Assembly: GCA_965140585.1 (NCBI GenBank)
Contig: OZ223270.1
Location: forward strand, 256,001-320,000
DNA: 64,000 nt
Direction of reading: 5' to 3'
DNA from: Spirochaetia bacterium
GTDB taxonomy: Bacteria > Spirochaetota > Spirochaetia > UBA9216
Shown: positions 8,795 to 19,741 of the stretch, piece after piece
Position numbering within the stretch: the first letter of the stretch is position 1
Layout of the letters: each line of letters opens with the position of its first letter
Made by a program: the position numbers and the translations under genes
The notes under the pieces: model-generated
Databases searched by the model: none
What the model saw: only the letters and a program-made list of their open reading frames with translations
What the model was told of the DNA's origin: nothing

Positions 8795-10264
8795 ATGTAT
8801 CTTAAACAGACATTAACACGGGTTAAAATTGGCCTCGGCATAACTATATTTCTGCTTCTTTCTGATATCTTTATCCAGAAATTTTTTGAATTTAATAGTT
8901 TTTTGTTTTCTATTCTTACTTCAGCTGTAATAGCGGCCTCCGCCATTCTGACATCAATTTCTGCAATCTCCGGTATTAAAAATTTAAACCACTGGTATGA
9001 GCAGATACTTGATTTCGTTTACCTGCCGATGTCCATTACTGATTTGGATATGAAGTGGACATTTATTAATGCTTCGGTAAAGGATATTATTAATGTCGAC
9101 CGCGGCCAGGTTATGGGTGAACATTGTTCAAAATGGAACGCCGATATCTGCGGTACTGAAAAATGCGGTGTGGCGATGCTTAGAAAGGGAATATCTCAGT
9201 CTTTTTTTACCAATGAAGGAGTGAACAAGAATTTTCAGGTTGATACAACCTATCTCTATGATCGTCGTAATAAAGAGAAAAAGATTGGACATCTGGAATT
9301 AGTGTCGGATGTTACAACTAAAGTTCGCCTTGAATCGGCTGTACAACAGCTTAAATCATCTTCCCAGTCTTTGGTTACAACCATTGAGCAAGAGGCTTCA
9401 ACAACAACTGAGATATCTTCAACTGCAGAGGAATTCTCGAAAAGCCTGATAAGTATTTCCGATAGCACGGAGCGGCAATTCGGTATTATTGAAGAAACTG
9501 TTTCAGGCCTTGAAGAAATGGCAGCCAGTGTAAAGTCGGTTGCTACAAATGCTGCTAAAGCATCAACAACATCCCGTGACAGTGTAGAGGTTGCTATCAC
9601 AGGACAGACTGAAATTAAGCAGACTGTTGAGGGCACAAAAGATATCGCAGACAGTCTGATATCTATTTCAGATGAGATTTCCCGCTTGAATGAAAAAACT
9701 GCAACCGTCGATGAGATTCTGAAGGCAATTAATTCTATTGCAACACAAACAAATTTATTATCAATGAATGCAGCAATTGAGGCCGCCCATGCGGGTGATG
9801 CGGGTAAGGGCTTTAGCGTCGTAGCAACGGAAATACGAAAATTGGCAGAGGATTCGCAATCGTCTTCAAAAGAAATTGAGCGTATTCTAGTGGAGATTAA
9901 ACAGAATATTGAAATGGCGCTTAAACTGTCTATAGGCGGCAGAGAACTGGTAAATAGGAATACCGCCAGTATTGAATCCTCCATGGACGCCCTTAACAGA
10001 ATTGTAAGCGGGGTAGAACTTATAAATAATATGGTTGCCGGTATTGAACTTACTACAAAAGAACAGACAGAAGCTAATTCCGCAATCCTTAATGATGCAA
10101 AAAGTTTAATGGGAATCTCGCAGGAGATCAGGAATGCGGTTAAGGAGCAATCTCTGGGTATAGAGCAAATTACCTCTGCATTACATTTGCTTGCGGATGG
10201 GACAAATCAAACTGTCGAATCAGCCGAAGGGCTTATGAACACGGCGAATGCCCTTTCCCTGTAA
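8795..10264 (+). CDS. Methyl-accepting chemotaxis protein with PAS domain
   Basis: Two N-terminal TM segments, PAS-like region, [35 protein letters not shown] signalling tip. Confidence 0.93.
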   Translation: MYLKQTLTRVKIGLGITIFLLLSDIFIQKFFEFNSFLFSILTSAVIAASAILTSISAISGIKNLNHWYEQILDFVYLPMSITDLDMKWTFINASVKDIINVDRGQVMGEHCSKWNADICGTEKCGVAMLRKGISQSFFTNEGVNKNFQVDTTYLYDRRNKEKKIGHLELVSDVTTKVRLESAVQQLKSSSQSLVTTIEQEASTTTEISSTAEEFSKSLISISDSTERQFGIIEETVSGLEEMAASVKSVATNAAKASTTSRDSVEVAITGQTEIKQTVEGTKDIADSLISISDEISRLNEKTATVDEILKAINSIATQTNLLSMNAAIEAAHAGDAGKGFSVVATEIRKLAEDSQSSSKEIERILVEIKQNIEMALKLSIGGRELVNRNTASIESSMDALNRIVSGVELINNMVAGIELTTKEQTEANSAILNDAKSLMGISQEIRNAVKEQSLGIEQITSALHLLADGTNQTVESAEGLMNTANALSL

Positions 10265-10265
10265 T

Positions 10266-10635
10266 GATGCGGAGGCAATATGTCTTAGTCGAGCAGCAAC
10301 CAGCATAAGAGCAGAATTACCATCTGGGAAATTACCATAACCCGAGTACGTCTTCTGATTTCCCGCATAATTCTTTCAATAGGATTATTCGTTTTAATTC
10401 TTTGCCAGTGTTGTTCCGCCGTGTTTCTATCTTCTCATAAATCTGTTTATTTAAATTACTGACAGTACCTGACGAAACCTTGGTCCCTCAGAGAGCTTCA
10501 GTGATATCTTTAACTCGGCGAACAGAAACTCCGGCCAGATATATCTCAATCAGAGACTCTTCAACCGAAGCTTCACGGCGTTTATATCTTTCAACAATTA
10601 CTGTTTCAAAGGGCAGCTTTCTCAGCTTCAGCATC
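10266..10635 (-). pseudogene. Second IS256 family transposase remnant with large internal deletion
   Basis: FETVIVERYKRREASVEESLIEIYLAGVSVRRV followed by a stop, joined to C-terminal WQRIKTNNPIERIMREIRRRTRV. Confidence 0.85.
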
Positions 10636-10979
10636 TCAAATATCGAGCCGGAGATTTTTCTGGATGACATTCTCTCCTATAATAAAAGAAGTTTTTCAGA
10701 TTCAATCACCTACAAGTTCTATAAAGATGAGCATAAAGATCAGATGGAAACCTATAATTTCCGGAGTTTTTAAGAGGACATTAATTTTCCGGCGCAATCG
10801 AATTTTATTCAGGCAATTTTAAACGGGAATGACCTGATACCTAATCTTACGGCAGGTATATCATCTTGATGATATCAGTGACGCAGAAGATTATCAGCTT
10901 GAATCCCAAATTGAAGCAAATCTTGAAATGAAACTTTCACTTTAAAAATAACAGTGCATATTCCAGTATCTATTTTAAT

Positions 10980-11240
10980 TTATTGATTTATAGCCTTTCC
11001 GTTTTTCCACCAGTTGTCCTGTTTTTTTGCAGTTGCAAGATCTATATAGAGATCTTCAACCTTTTTTCTTGCCCATGGAGTTTTTCGCAAAAATTTCAAA
11101 CTTGATTTAACAGAAGGTTCGTAATTGAAACAGTTTACCCGGATGTGACTTCCAAGCTTTTCCCATCCGAAATAGGATACCAGCCTGTTAAGCATTATTT
11201 CGAGCGTAATCCCGTGCATCGGGTCGTTTGATTCTTCCAC
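10980..11240 (-). CDS. VF530/DUF2132 family small DNA-binding protein
   Basis: DPMHGITLE...GWEKL...CF...[21 protein letters not shown]. Confidence 0.88.
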   Translation of the reverse strand: MEESNDPMHGITLEIMLNRLVSYFGWEKLGSHIRVNCFNYEPSVKSSLKFLRKTPWARKKVEDLYIDLATAKKQDNWWKNGKAINQ

Positions 11241-11281
11241 AGTGAATAGTAACGTTTTTTTGTATATAAGTACAATATAAA

Positions 11282-12268
11282 CTACTGAAGAATTGTGTCT
11301 ATAAACTGCTCCAGGCTAAGCCCCTTGAAGTATCGATCTATATCAACACCTCTCAAGGCCTGCTCCAGCGACTCCTTATTATTGTTGACACCGACAATCT
11401 TATTAACAAGCATTGTGCTGTCATCAAGACTGAAATAATCGCCCCTGCTGGTAAAATTTTTTATGACACCCTTCTCTACTTCCATAAAAAGCTGTATCTT
11501 TCCGCAACCTTCAATCCGTCGCTCCTTGCGTATACTGTATGTGGGTGAACGCCCATAATTCCAGTCCCAGGTATCATACTTTTTCCGGAGCTGTTTTACC
11601 GATTCTTTATCAGCTTCGGTCATATTATAGGTTTCCATATTATTTTCTTTAATCATAAACTGCCGAAGAATATTCCAGAATTCACCTGTGGTCATTTCAT
11701 TATTAAGATGTTCCTTTATATTTGTCACTCGACTCCGAACTGATTTAATACCCTTTGACTCAACCTTGTCGGCAGAAACATTCAGCGCCTTCGTAAGCAT
11801 CTCAAGATTTGAGTCAAACATCAGCGTACCATGATGCATTACCCGCTTTTTGCGAAGGTACTGTGCATTACCGGAAAACTTTCTTCCGTCAATCACAATA
11901 TCATTCCTGCCGCTTATCTCTGCATTTACACCTATTGAGTTAAGAGCTTTAACCACGGGAATACAGAACGAAGCCAGATCTATCCCGCCCAGCGCTTTGG
12001 CATCTGTGACGAATGTAAAGTTAAGGTTGCCCAGATCATGATATACCGCCCCGCCGCCGGAGAGTCTCCGTGCCACATTGATTTTATGTTCCTCAACGAA
12101 GGGCAGATTGATTTCTTCTATTGTATTCTGATGCTTGCCGATAATTATTGAATTATCGTTCTGCCATAGCATGAAATACTCGTTTTCTTTGGGAAGTTCG
12201 TTGAAAACATACTCCTCCAAAGCAAGATTATAATATGGATCTGTCTGATCACTTTCAAGGTATAACAT
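11282..12268 (-). CDS. lplA: Lipoate-protein ligase A
   Basis: [46 protein letters not shown]; start refined to MLYLES. Confidence 0.93.
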   Translation of the reverse strand: MLYLESDQTDPYYNLALEEYVFNELPKENEYFMLWQNDNSIIIGKHQNTIEEINLPFVEEHKINVARRLSGGGAVYHDLGNLNFTFVTDAKALGGIDLASFCIPVVKALNSIGVNAEISGRNDIVIDGRKFSGNAQYLRKKRVMHHGTLMFDSNLEMLTKALNVSADKVESKGIKSVRSRVTNIKEHLNNEMTTGEFWNILRQFMIKENNMETYNMTEADKESVKQLRKKYDTWDWNYGRSPTYSIRKERRIEGCGKIQLFMEVEKGVIKNFTSRGDYFSLDDSTMLVNKIVGVNNNKESLEQALRGVDIDRYFKGLSLEQFIDTILQ

Positions 12269-13250
12269 TGCCATGAGATATATTAGCACAAGAATCCGGA
12301 TTATTCACCGGAAACTTTGGGCGTCTGCCGTTTAAAACATTCCAGAGATCCTGAGCGGCAAACAGTTCCATTCGATCTATCGACTCTACCGTTGTTGGAG
12401 CGCAGTGTGGAGATACAATCACATTTTTCCTTTTTAAAAGAGGATTTGCAGGATCCGTCGGCTCCTGCTCAAAAACATCCAATCCTGCACCTGCAATCAT
12501 CTTCTCATCCAGTGCCTTCAGAAGCGCTCCCTCATCCACCAGCCCGCCGCGTGCGGCATTTATGAAATAAGAACCATGCTTCATCTTTCGAAACTGTTCA
12601 AGTCCAATCGAATGGAAAGTTGAATCAGTCAAAGGCTGATGTATAGTAATAAAATCAGCTCTTTCTAATAAATCATTAATTCCATCCAGAAGACAGACAC
12701 CTTCCGGAATAAGTTCAGGCCTGATGTAGGGATCATATGCCAATACCTGCATATCAAAACCCTTCATAGCCTTCTGAGCAACGATTCTTCCGATATGACC
12801 ACATCCAATTATCCCGAGAACTTTATTCCGGAGTTCAATATTTCTTTTTACTTTTCTAATTTCAAAATTCCCGTCAGCTGCAGCCTCCGCCATTATATTA
12901 GCGTTTTTTGCGCATGCAAGTATAAGATACATAGTATGCTCAGCTACGGCATTTGAGTTAGCAGCACCGGAATTTGTTACATAAATTCCCTTTTTTGCAG
13001 CATAATCAATATCAATGTTTTCATACCCTGCACTGAAATTGCTTATAACTTTTAACCTGTCGGATTTATCCAATACCTCACTGCCGAAAAAAAGCCCATT
13101 CAGCCCCCCGGACAAGACAGCATCAAAATCTCCAATCCGAGCCAGGAATTTATCTTCCGAAGGTTCTATTACAACTTCACACCCTTTATTTTTTAAAAAT
13201 TTGACTCCAGAACCGGATAGAACAGTAGGTATAAGAATTTTATAACTCAT
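12255..13250 (-). CDS. D-isomer-specific 2-hydroxyacid dehydrogenase (SerA-like, no ACT domain)
   Basis: GCGHIG Rossmann motif, INAARG, LDVFEQEP, SPH; start refined to MSYKIL. Confidence 0.9.
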   Translation of the reverse strand: MSYKILIPTVLSGSGVKFLKNKGCEVVIEPSEDKFLARIGDFDAVLSGGLNGLFFGSEVLDKSDRLKVISNFSAGYENIDIDYAAKKGIYVTNSGAANSNAVAEHTMYLILACAKNANIMAEAAADGNFEIRKVKRNIELRNKVLGIIGCGHIGRIVAQKAMKGFDMQVLAYDPYIRPELIPEGVCLLDGINDLLERADFITIHQPLTDSTFHSIGLEQFRKMKHGSYFINAARGGLVDEGALLKALDEKMIAGAGLDVFEQEPTDPANPLLKRKNVIVSPHCAPTTVESIDRMELFAAQDLWNVLNGRRPKFPVNNPDSCANISHGNVIP

Positions 13251-13365
13251 TTCATCATTGTCCCTTAAAATCTGAATCAATCACGCCAAGCAACTGATAT
13301 TGCCCTGTAACATTTTCAAGATTCCATGAAAGGTAAACCCCCTCATGGAATCTTTTAATACTAAT

Positions 13366-14136
13366 TTAGTGCAGATGAATCTCACAATTCATTTCTTCTG
13401 CCATTTCACCCCAGTGCTTCATTCGTCTTTCAAGTTCTTTTTTACTTTCTTCATCTTCTCTGAAAGCTATAGCCGTCCAGGGCATTTCATCAAGAGCAGT
13501 TACAACTTCATCAATTTTATTGAAGGGGATTGAAATCATTCTTAATCCAGGGGCAAAGGCCTTCCTTCGTTTAAGACCGTGATAGTAACCGGTCGTTATA
13601 TGATTGACCTTTCCGGAGATATAAGGATAGGCATACATCCAACTGCAGCTCAAAACCGGCGTGGATTTTGATTCCCACAGGTCACCTGAAATATATGATG
13701 TAGCACGCATAATTATCTCAGCCTTCTCCAGTTCAGCAAATACCACAATTAAATCAGGATCAAAATCACAAAGACTAACCGGTGAAAAAACAACATAGTT
13801 CACAGTATTGGGTTCAATGACAGGAAGCTGCATATATAGTTTTCTGTTCGGAGCAGGAGTCCTGTACATTTCAAAATCAAATCCCGCCTGGCCTGAGGCG
13901 GTGATGGGAGGTTTAGGGATCATCCCCAATGAAATCTGGCCGTAGCAGGAATCATTTTCTTTAGTAATATAGAACTGCTCACCCGAATCCTGACACTCTT
14001 TTACAAACTGACAAAACGCCAGTTTCTTATCAGTCTGTTTTACTTTCTCAGGTTTTACCGGTAGATACTTTATTGCTACAGCCGGAATATTTAATTCAAG
14101 CTTTTTAAAGAGTTCTTTCGCTTTATCGCTTAACAT
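13366..14136 (-). CDS. DUF169 domain protein
   Basis: PAVAIK, FCQ, SC, DPDLIVV and SCSW Cys pattern typical of DUF169. Confidence 0.75.
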   Translation of the reverse strand: MLSDKAKELFKKLELNIPAVAIKYLPVKPEKVKQTDKKLAFCQFVKECQDSGEQFYITKENDSCYGQISLGMIPKPPITASGQAGFDFEMYRTPAPNRKLYMQLPVIEPNTVNYVVFSPVSLCDFDPDLIVVFAELEKAEIIMRATSYISGDLWESKSTPVLSCSWMYAYPYISGKVNHITTGYYHGLKRRKAFAPGLRMISIPFNKIDEVVTALDEMPWTAIAFREDEESKKELERRMKHWGEMAEEMNCEIHLH

Positions 14137-14270
14137 ATATCGTCCTTTTACTTAAAACAAATTTCGGGCTTTTTCCAGAAATGAGTTTAAGATTTAAATT
14201 TTAGTTTAGAAGCTCAGGTCAGATGCTGATGTTTTCCTATATTAGCTTCACCAGCAGTTGACCTGACAGT

Positions 14271-15548
14271 TTATTTCAATACGGCAACCAGGAATTCAGA
14301 CATCCAGGGTGAAAATCCCACGACAATCAGCGCTGCAATCATTGCAAAAACAAATGGAAGAGAGGCTTTTATAATTTTATCGGATGACAACCCGGTCATA
14401 GTCTGGGCAACAAATATATTTGCACAAACCGGCGGCGTAACAAACGCAATTGAAAGAGCCAGAATCATTATCACGCCAAAATGAAGGGTGCTGATTCCAA
14501 CCGAGTTTGCAACAGCAAGAAGTACAGGTGAGAAAATTACTATCGCAGGTGTAGTTTGAACGAACATACCGATTAAAAATAGAATTCCAAAAATAAACAG
14601 AAGTATAATTCCTGGGCTTGTGGAAATTCCCAGGAAGAAGTCGGTAATAGTCTTTGTAACACCCAGATACGCGAAGACTGTACCCAGCGCAGCGGCAGGT
14701 GCTACAGTCAACATCATACCTCCATTAAAGGTTGTAGTATCCTTGAACATTTTCCATAATCCTGCAAACGTAACTTCCTTATAGACAAAAACACCAACAA
14801 TGATCCCGTATACTGTAGCAACAACAGCCGCTTCGGTCGCAGTAAAAATTCCTGCATATATACCGCCAAGAATGATAATAGGCATAAGCAGTGCGAGCTT
14901 TGCGCTCCATATAGCTTTTGCAGCCTTCTTGACCGAAACCTTATGTTTTCCTTTTAGCCCATGCTTCCTGGCATATACATAATTAACAATCATCAGCATA
15001 AGACCAACAACAACAGCCGGAACAATTCCAGCAATAAAGAGATCTCCTATAGATTCATTGTTTGTTATTCCATATATAACCATTGGATAACTTGGGGGAA
15101 CAATTATTCCCAACCCACCGGCTACAGCACATAAACCGGTTGCATAGTGCTTATCATATCCCGCTCTAACCATTTCAGGAATCATAATAATTCCAATTGC
15201 GGCTACTGTTGCGACAGCGGATCCTGATACAGCACCGAAAAACATACAGGAAAGTATTGCAACCATTCCGAGGCTGCCTGTTACATTTCCAATTAAAGAA
15301 TTAGCGACATTTACAAGACGTTTTGAAATACCGCCTATATCCATAATGTTTCCGCATATCATAAAAAATGGAAGAGCAATCATAGTAAATGAGGCTGTAC
15401 CGTTATAAAGAGTCTGCGCTATGAACTCCGGTGAAGTAATGGGATTCATAAGGAGTAAAACAAATGTGGGCAATATCAGGCTTATACCGATAGGTACCCC
15501 TATTGCGAACAACACAAACATTAAAATAAACATAATAGCAACTGACAT
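14271..15548 (-). CDS. dctM: TRAP transporter large permease DctM
   Basis: ALPFF, GAVSGSAVAT, GIIVPPS, FTATEAA, TPPV. Confidence 0.93.
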   Translation of the reverse strand: MSVAIMFILMFVLFAIGVPIGISLILPTFVLLLMNPITSPEFIAQTLYNGTASFTMIALPFFMICGNIMDIGGISKRLVNVANSLIGNVTGSLGMVAILSCMFFGAVSGSAVATVAAIGIIMIPEMVRAGYDKHYATGLCAVAGGLGIIVPPSYPMVIYGITNNESIGDLFIAGIVPAVVVGLMLMIVNYVYARKHGLKGKHKVSVKKAAKAIWSAKLALLMPIIILGGIYAGIFTATEAAVVATVYGIIVGVFVYKEVTFAGLWKMFKDTTTFNGGMMLTVAPAAALGTVFAYLGVTKTITDFFLGISTSPGIILLFIFGILFLIGMFVQTTPAIVIFSPVLLAVANSVGISTLHFGVIMILALSIAFVTPPVCANIFVAQTMTGLSSDKIIKASLPFVFAMIAALIVVGFSPWMSEFLVAVLK

Positions 15549-16102
15549 TAGTTCGCACCTCCCTGCTCTTTTTCCAGCTCGTCAAAATTTATTGCAGGTA
15601 CAGATGCCCCTATATTTTTTTCCTGCTCATGAACCAATCTATAGATATCGTATATAAGTTTCAGGCTTGAAATTGTCAGCATCAAGGGGATAAAGCCATA
15701 ACTAAGCCGTTTTGGAAAATCCAAAATAGGAGATGAAGCGTTTCCGAGTCCTTCAATGATATTCAAAAATGGAAACACTATATAAGTATTAAACCCAATA
15801 AATATAACATCACTGATAATTAAAAGTATCTTTTTTACTTTAAACGGAACCGCATTCAATAATGCATCTATTCGTAAATGTTTTCGGTATGTAACTGCAC
15901 TGGAAATTCCAAGATAAGTCATCCATAAAAACAATATTATTCCGAGTTCTTCGGTCCAGGTAATTGAATGCTTAAAGAGATACCTGCTGATAACCTGTAC
16001 AGTCAATAAAAGCATAATAAAAATAAATAATCCTGCACCGAGATATTTATCAATATTAGCTATATATTTTAACCAGTTATGGTTAGATTGTTTTTCCTTC
16101 AT
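15548..16102 (-). CDS. dctQ: TRAP transporter small permease DctQ
   Basis: QVISRY, WTEEL, HLRID; four TM segments; start refined to MKEKQS. Confidence 0.9.
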   Translation of the reverse strand: MKEKQSNHNWLKYIANIDKYLGAGLFIFIMLLLTVQVISRYLFKHSITWTEELGIILFLWMTYLGISSAVTYRKHLRIDALLNAVPFKVKKILLIISDVIFIGFNTYIVFPFLNIIEGLGNASSPILDFPKRLSYGFIPLMLTISSLKLIYDIYRLVHEQEKNIGASVPAINFDELEKEQGGAN

Positions 16103-16125
16103 TGTAATAATCCTTAAATGATTAC

Positions 16126-16165
16126 AAAAAGTGCGCAGCACTTAATAATACTGCACACTCTTTTT
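16126..16165 (-). terminator. Hairpin with U-tract after dctP (partial terminator or mRNA stabiliser)
   Basis: Minus strand GTGTGCAG...CTGCGCAC-TTTTT. Confidence 0.5.
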
Positions 16166-16197
16166 AATTAAATATAGTCAATATATCTTATCTTATT

Positions 16198-17274
16198 TTA
16201 TTTTTCAGCGGCTTCAACAGTTTCCAATAATGCTTTATACCTGGCTTCACCCATCAGCTTTTCTGCATCGGTCCAGGCTTTAGATGCTGCTGCTCTAAAT
16301 GCCTTACTTTCACTTGCAGTCGGTTCATATATTTCGACTCCGGTAGCCCTAAGTAAATCAGCATACTCTGATTCTGTATTTGCTGCTGCCAGGCGACTGG
16401 CATTTGTACAGGCAATATTTGCAGCTTCAACAGCGGCTTTCTGGTTATCAGACAGCCCATCATAAACCTTTTTATTCATGAACATAAATGTAGAAGTAAA
16501 TGTATGCTTTGTCAGTGTTGCATAAGACTGGACCTCATACAGCTTGTTACTGTAAATCGTAGACAGGGGATTTTCCTGTGCATCAACCAGGTGCTGCTGA
16601 AGAGCACTGTATAATTCAGAAAATGGAGTGGGTGTTACAGTTGCACCAAGTGCTTCCATTGCAGCTATCTGCAGTTTATCATTCATAGTCCTGATCTTCA
16701 GGCCTTTCATATCCGCAGGACTTTTAATCGGTTTTTTTGAATTAGTTACATGCCTCCATCCAATATCCATATAAGCTAATGCTTTTATGGAAGGAACATC
16801 TGCCTCAAGTTTATTCATCATCTCTTTACCTATCTCGCCATCCATAACTGCGTGAACACTGTCAAAGCCTGAATACAGATAAGGGACGTTCAGTTCAGCA
16901 AAAGCATCTGTATATTCTGCCCAGTTTCCAGTAGCAAAATGTGAAACTTCAAATCCGCCAGTTTGAATACCGTTCACTGTTTCATCTGCTTTTTTGGCGA
17001 GCTGGGCATCAGTAAACATAGTAATTTCGATTGTTCCGTTCGATTTTTCCTGAACTGTATTTACCCAGGAATTCAATCCTCTTGCCATCGCAGTATTATC
17101 CGCATCAAGTTCTTTTTTGGTAACAATAGTAGACAGTCTAAGTTTGACCACCTTCTCTGTATTATCCTGTGCCTGAGAATCGGCCACATCATCTTTTTTC
17201 GCACATCCTGATAGAAAAACGAGTAATAAAACCGCGATTAAACTTAATGCAGTAAATTTTTTGTTGAATTTCAT
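16198..17274 (-). CDS. dctP: TRAP solute-binding protein DctP (lipoprotein)
   Basis: Lipobox LSGC; GLKIRT carboxylate-binding Arg; ELYSALQ; DAQENP. Confidence 0.93.
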   Translation of the reverse strand: MKFNKKFTALSLIAVLLLVFLSGCAKKDDVADSQAQDNTEKVVKLRLSTIVTKKELDADNTAMARGLNSWVNTVQEKSNGTIEITMFTDAQLAKKADETVNGIQTGGFEVSHFATGNWAEYTDAFAELNVPYLYSGFDSVHAVMDGEIGKEMMNKLEADVPSIKALAYMDIGWRHVTNSKKPIKSPADMKGLKIRTMNDKLQIAAMEALGATVTPTPFSELYSALQQHLVDAQENPLSTIYSNKLYEVQSYATLTKHTFTSTFMFMNKKVYDGLSDNQKAAVEAANIACTNASRLAAANTESEYADLLRATGVEIYEPTASESKAFRAAASKAWTDAEKLMGEARYKALLETVEAAEK

Positions 17275-17338
17275 TAACCTCTCCTAAATTTTTGCAGCTC
17301 CATAGTCATCAAGGCCTATCCTCTCAACTACAGATGTC

Positions 17339-17354
17339 TACTTGTATAACAACC
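17339..17354. promoter_or_regulatory. FadR/GntR-type operator, copy 1
   Basis: TACTTGTATAACAACC, identical to 18347-18362; a variant occurs at 17484-17496. Confidence 0.7.
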
Positions 17355-17540
17355 TAACCATCTAACACATAATAGCATACTTTTTTTATAAGTCAAATTT
17401 TTTCACAAACATTTTTATCTGCATAAAAGGAGCCCGGATAAAAAAACACTTTAACTTGCAATTTAAAGTGAATTCTGCAAAGATACTTGTATTACAGTCT
17501 GATAGATTAACATATCAACAGAACTGAAGGAGCTAGTTCA

Positions 17541-18248
17541 TTGGCTAAAATTGTAAAATCTAACTTAATTGATAAAATATTTGATTACATAACTGAACAA
17601 ATTCTATCAGGAAACTGGAAAGCCAATACGAAAATTCCCTCTGAAACCGAATTAGCTGAAACATTGGGTGTCAGCCGAATGTCTTTAAGAATGGCAATTC
17701 AAAAATCTAATGTGCTTGGATTAACCGAAACAATGGTCGGGGAAGGCACTTTTGTAAGAGATTTTAATATGCGAAGCTATTTCAGCGAACTTTATAATTC
17801 TAAAATTTTAACAAAAGACTATAATGTAATAAATGACTTCCGTATGATTCTCCAGATAGGAAGTATACGTCTCGCATTTGAAAAAGATTCCTACGGTAAA
17901 GGAGTTGAGGAACTCGAGAAAATTTACTCAGAAATGGAAACTGCAGCTGCAGATGATGATGTGGAAAAATTTAATTCTCTGGATGCTCAATTCCACCAGA
18001 CAGTTTGCGAGCTTTCCGATAATCTTCTTATGACAATGCTGTATGATGCTATTCACCACAGTTTCAATGAAGCTATGGCCCAGAACCTGCAGCGTTCTGT
18101 AAAAGATTCCGGTTCTTATGAGAACGTCCTGAGGTTTCATAAAACAATGCTGGACGGTATCAAAGAAAAAGATATTCAAAAATGTATCGAAATGGAAATG
18201 GAATCAAGAGTTCGTTCATATCGTTATTATAAAAAGATTTCCGAATAG
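17541..18248 (+). CDS. GntR/FadR family transcriptional regulator
   Basis: IPSETELAETLGVSR wHTH, GEGTFV, FCD domain (DAQFH...N...H). Confidence 0.93.
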   Translation: MAKIVKSNLIDKIFDYITEQILSGNWKANTKIPSETELAETLGVSRMSLRMAIQKSNVLGLTETMVGEGTFVRDFNMRSYFSELYNSKILTKDYNVINDFRMILQIGSIRLAFEKDSYGKGVEELEKIYSEMETAAADDDVEKFNSLDAQFHQTVCELSDNLLMTMLYDAIHHSFNEAMAQNLQRSVKDSGSYENVLRFHKTMLDGIKEKDIQKCIEMEMESRVRSYRYYKKISE

Positions 18249-18318
18249 GATCTCCAGGTTATATTCACTATTTTTAAAATAATCTACCTCCAAAGCAAGT
18301 TTCTAAATTAAATTTATG

Positions 18319-18362
18319 TTGACAGGAATAAAATCGAGTATTAGTATACTTGTATAACAACC
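18319..18362 (+). promoter_or_regulatory. sigma70 promoter with overlapping FadR-type operator
   Basis: TTGACA(18319)-17bp-TAGTAT; TACTTGTATAACAACC at 18347-18362. Confidence 0.7.
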
Positions 18363-18431
18363 ATACAACTAACTGTTTTTAACAGACCATAACCATCTGG
18401 AAAAATTTCAAGGTTAAGGGACAAGATTTAA

Positions 18432-19622
18432 ATGAAAATTACAAGTATCGATGTATTCGAATTAAATCCCAATGTAATGGGAGGCGTTATCTGTGTAAGA
18501 ATTAACACAGATAAAGGAATCTCAGGCTTTGGAGAAGTAGGCTTATCATACGGAAAAGCACATTATGCCGGTGTTGGGATTGCGAGAGACTTTGGTGCTC
18601 TGCTCATCGGTATGGATCCAGAAAAGATTGAAGCTATCTGGGAACACATATTCCGAACAACATTCTGGGGAATGGGCGGTGGTACCGTAATTAACGCAGG
18701 TATCAGCGCTATCGACACAGCACTCTGGGATATTAAGGGTAAAGCCCTGGGTGTTCCAGTCTATGAACTTCTGGGTGGAAAAACAAACGATAAGATTCGA
18801 ACCTATGCAAGCCAGCTGCAGTTTGACTGGGATGAGGAACACCGCTTCCTTACAGAACCTGAGCAGTATGCTGAAGCTACCCGAAAGGCGATGGCAGAAG
18901 GTTATACAGCTATTAAGGTGGATCCCATAGGTGTTACAGCTGATGGGAAATGGGCCCGGGAAGCTACGAACCCGGACTGGAAGATGAGGGGAAAACTCTC
19001 CCATGAAATGATCCAGACCGCATACAACAGAACTGCAGCCATGAGGGAAGCAGGCGGACCTGATTTAGATATAATTATTGAGCTGCATTCATTTACTGAC
19101 ACAATAACAGCAATTCAGCTTGGACAGGCGCTTGAAGATCTTAATATTTATTATTATGAAGAACCTGTGCATCCGTTGAATGCAATCTCAATGCTTGAAA
19201 TTCATAATAATGTGAATATTCCGATAGCAAGCGGTGAAAGAATCTACACTCGCTGGGGATTCAGGGATTTCCTCGAAAAAAGAGCTATTCAGGTTATTCA
19301 GCCTGATCTCTGTATTACCGGTGGAATTACAGAGACTAAAAAAATCTGTGACATGGCTAACATATACGATTGCGGTGTACAGCTTCATATCTGCGGAGGG
19401 CCGATAGCTACTGCAGCATCTCTTCAGGTAGAAGCTGTTATTCCTAACTTCCTGATTCATGAGCTGCATGAAGGAGCCTTAAAGAAGGGAATGAGAGAGC
19501 TTTGCGTTCATGACTATATGCCTGAAAGCGGATATTACGAAGTTCCTGATCTCCCCGGAATCGGGCAGGAACTCACAGAAAAGGCAATGTCTGAAGCCAT
19601 CAATGTTTATACTATTAAATAG
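18432..19622 (+). CDS. Mandelate racemase/enolase superfamily acid-sugar dehydratase-like enzyme
   Basis: SAIDTALWDIKGK, KVD, IELH, EEP, SGER, QPD and HICG motifs. Confidence 0.9.
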   Translation: MKITSIDVFELNPNVMGGVICVRINTDKGISGFGEVGLSYGKAHYAGVGIARDFGALLIGMDPEKIEAIWEHIFRTTFWGMGGGTVINAGISAIDTALWDIKGKALGVPVYELLGGKTNDKIRTYASQLQFDWDEEHRFLTEPEQYAEATRKAMAEGYTAIKVDPIGVTADGKWAREATNPDWKMRGKLSHEMIQTAYNRTAAMREAGGPDLDIIIELHSFTDTITAIQLGQALEDLNIYYYEEPVHPLNAISMLEIHNNVNIPIASGERIYTRWGFRDFLEKRAIQVIQPDLCITGGITETKKICDMANIYDCGVQLHICGGPIATAASLQVEAVIPNFLIHELHEGALKKGMRELCVHDYMPESGYYEVPDLPGIGQELTEKAMSEAINVYTIK

Positions 19623-19662
19623 AAGAAATTAAAGTAAAAAAGTACACCCTAAATATTTCGAT

Positions 19663-19697
19663 AAGAGAGGAGAGCTGCTGGTCAGTTCTCCTTTCTT
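19663..19697. terminator. Intrinsic terminator between convergent genes
   Basis: AAGAGAGGAGAGCTG-CTGGT-CAGTTCTCCTTTCTT. Confidence 0.7.
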
Positions 19698-19741
19698 TAA
19701 TATTTAATTATCAATTGACATATCAGCCAGAAGAATACAAC

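Noticed and set aside
9256-9984. 242-aa antisense ORF
   Set aside because: Shadow of the MCP coiled-coil coding strand; no RBS or family motif. The same applies to the other short overlapping ORFs in the track (e.g. 18546-19004, 36298-36789, 48080-48595).
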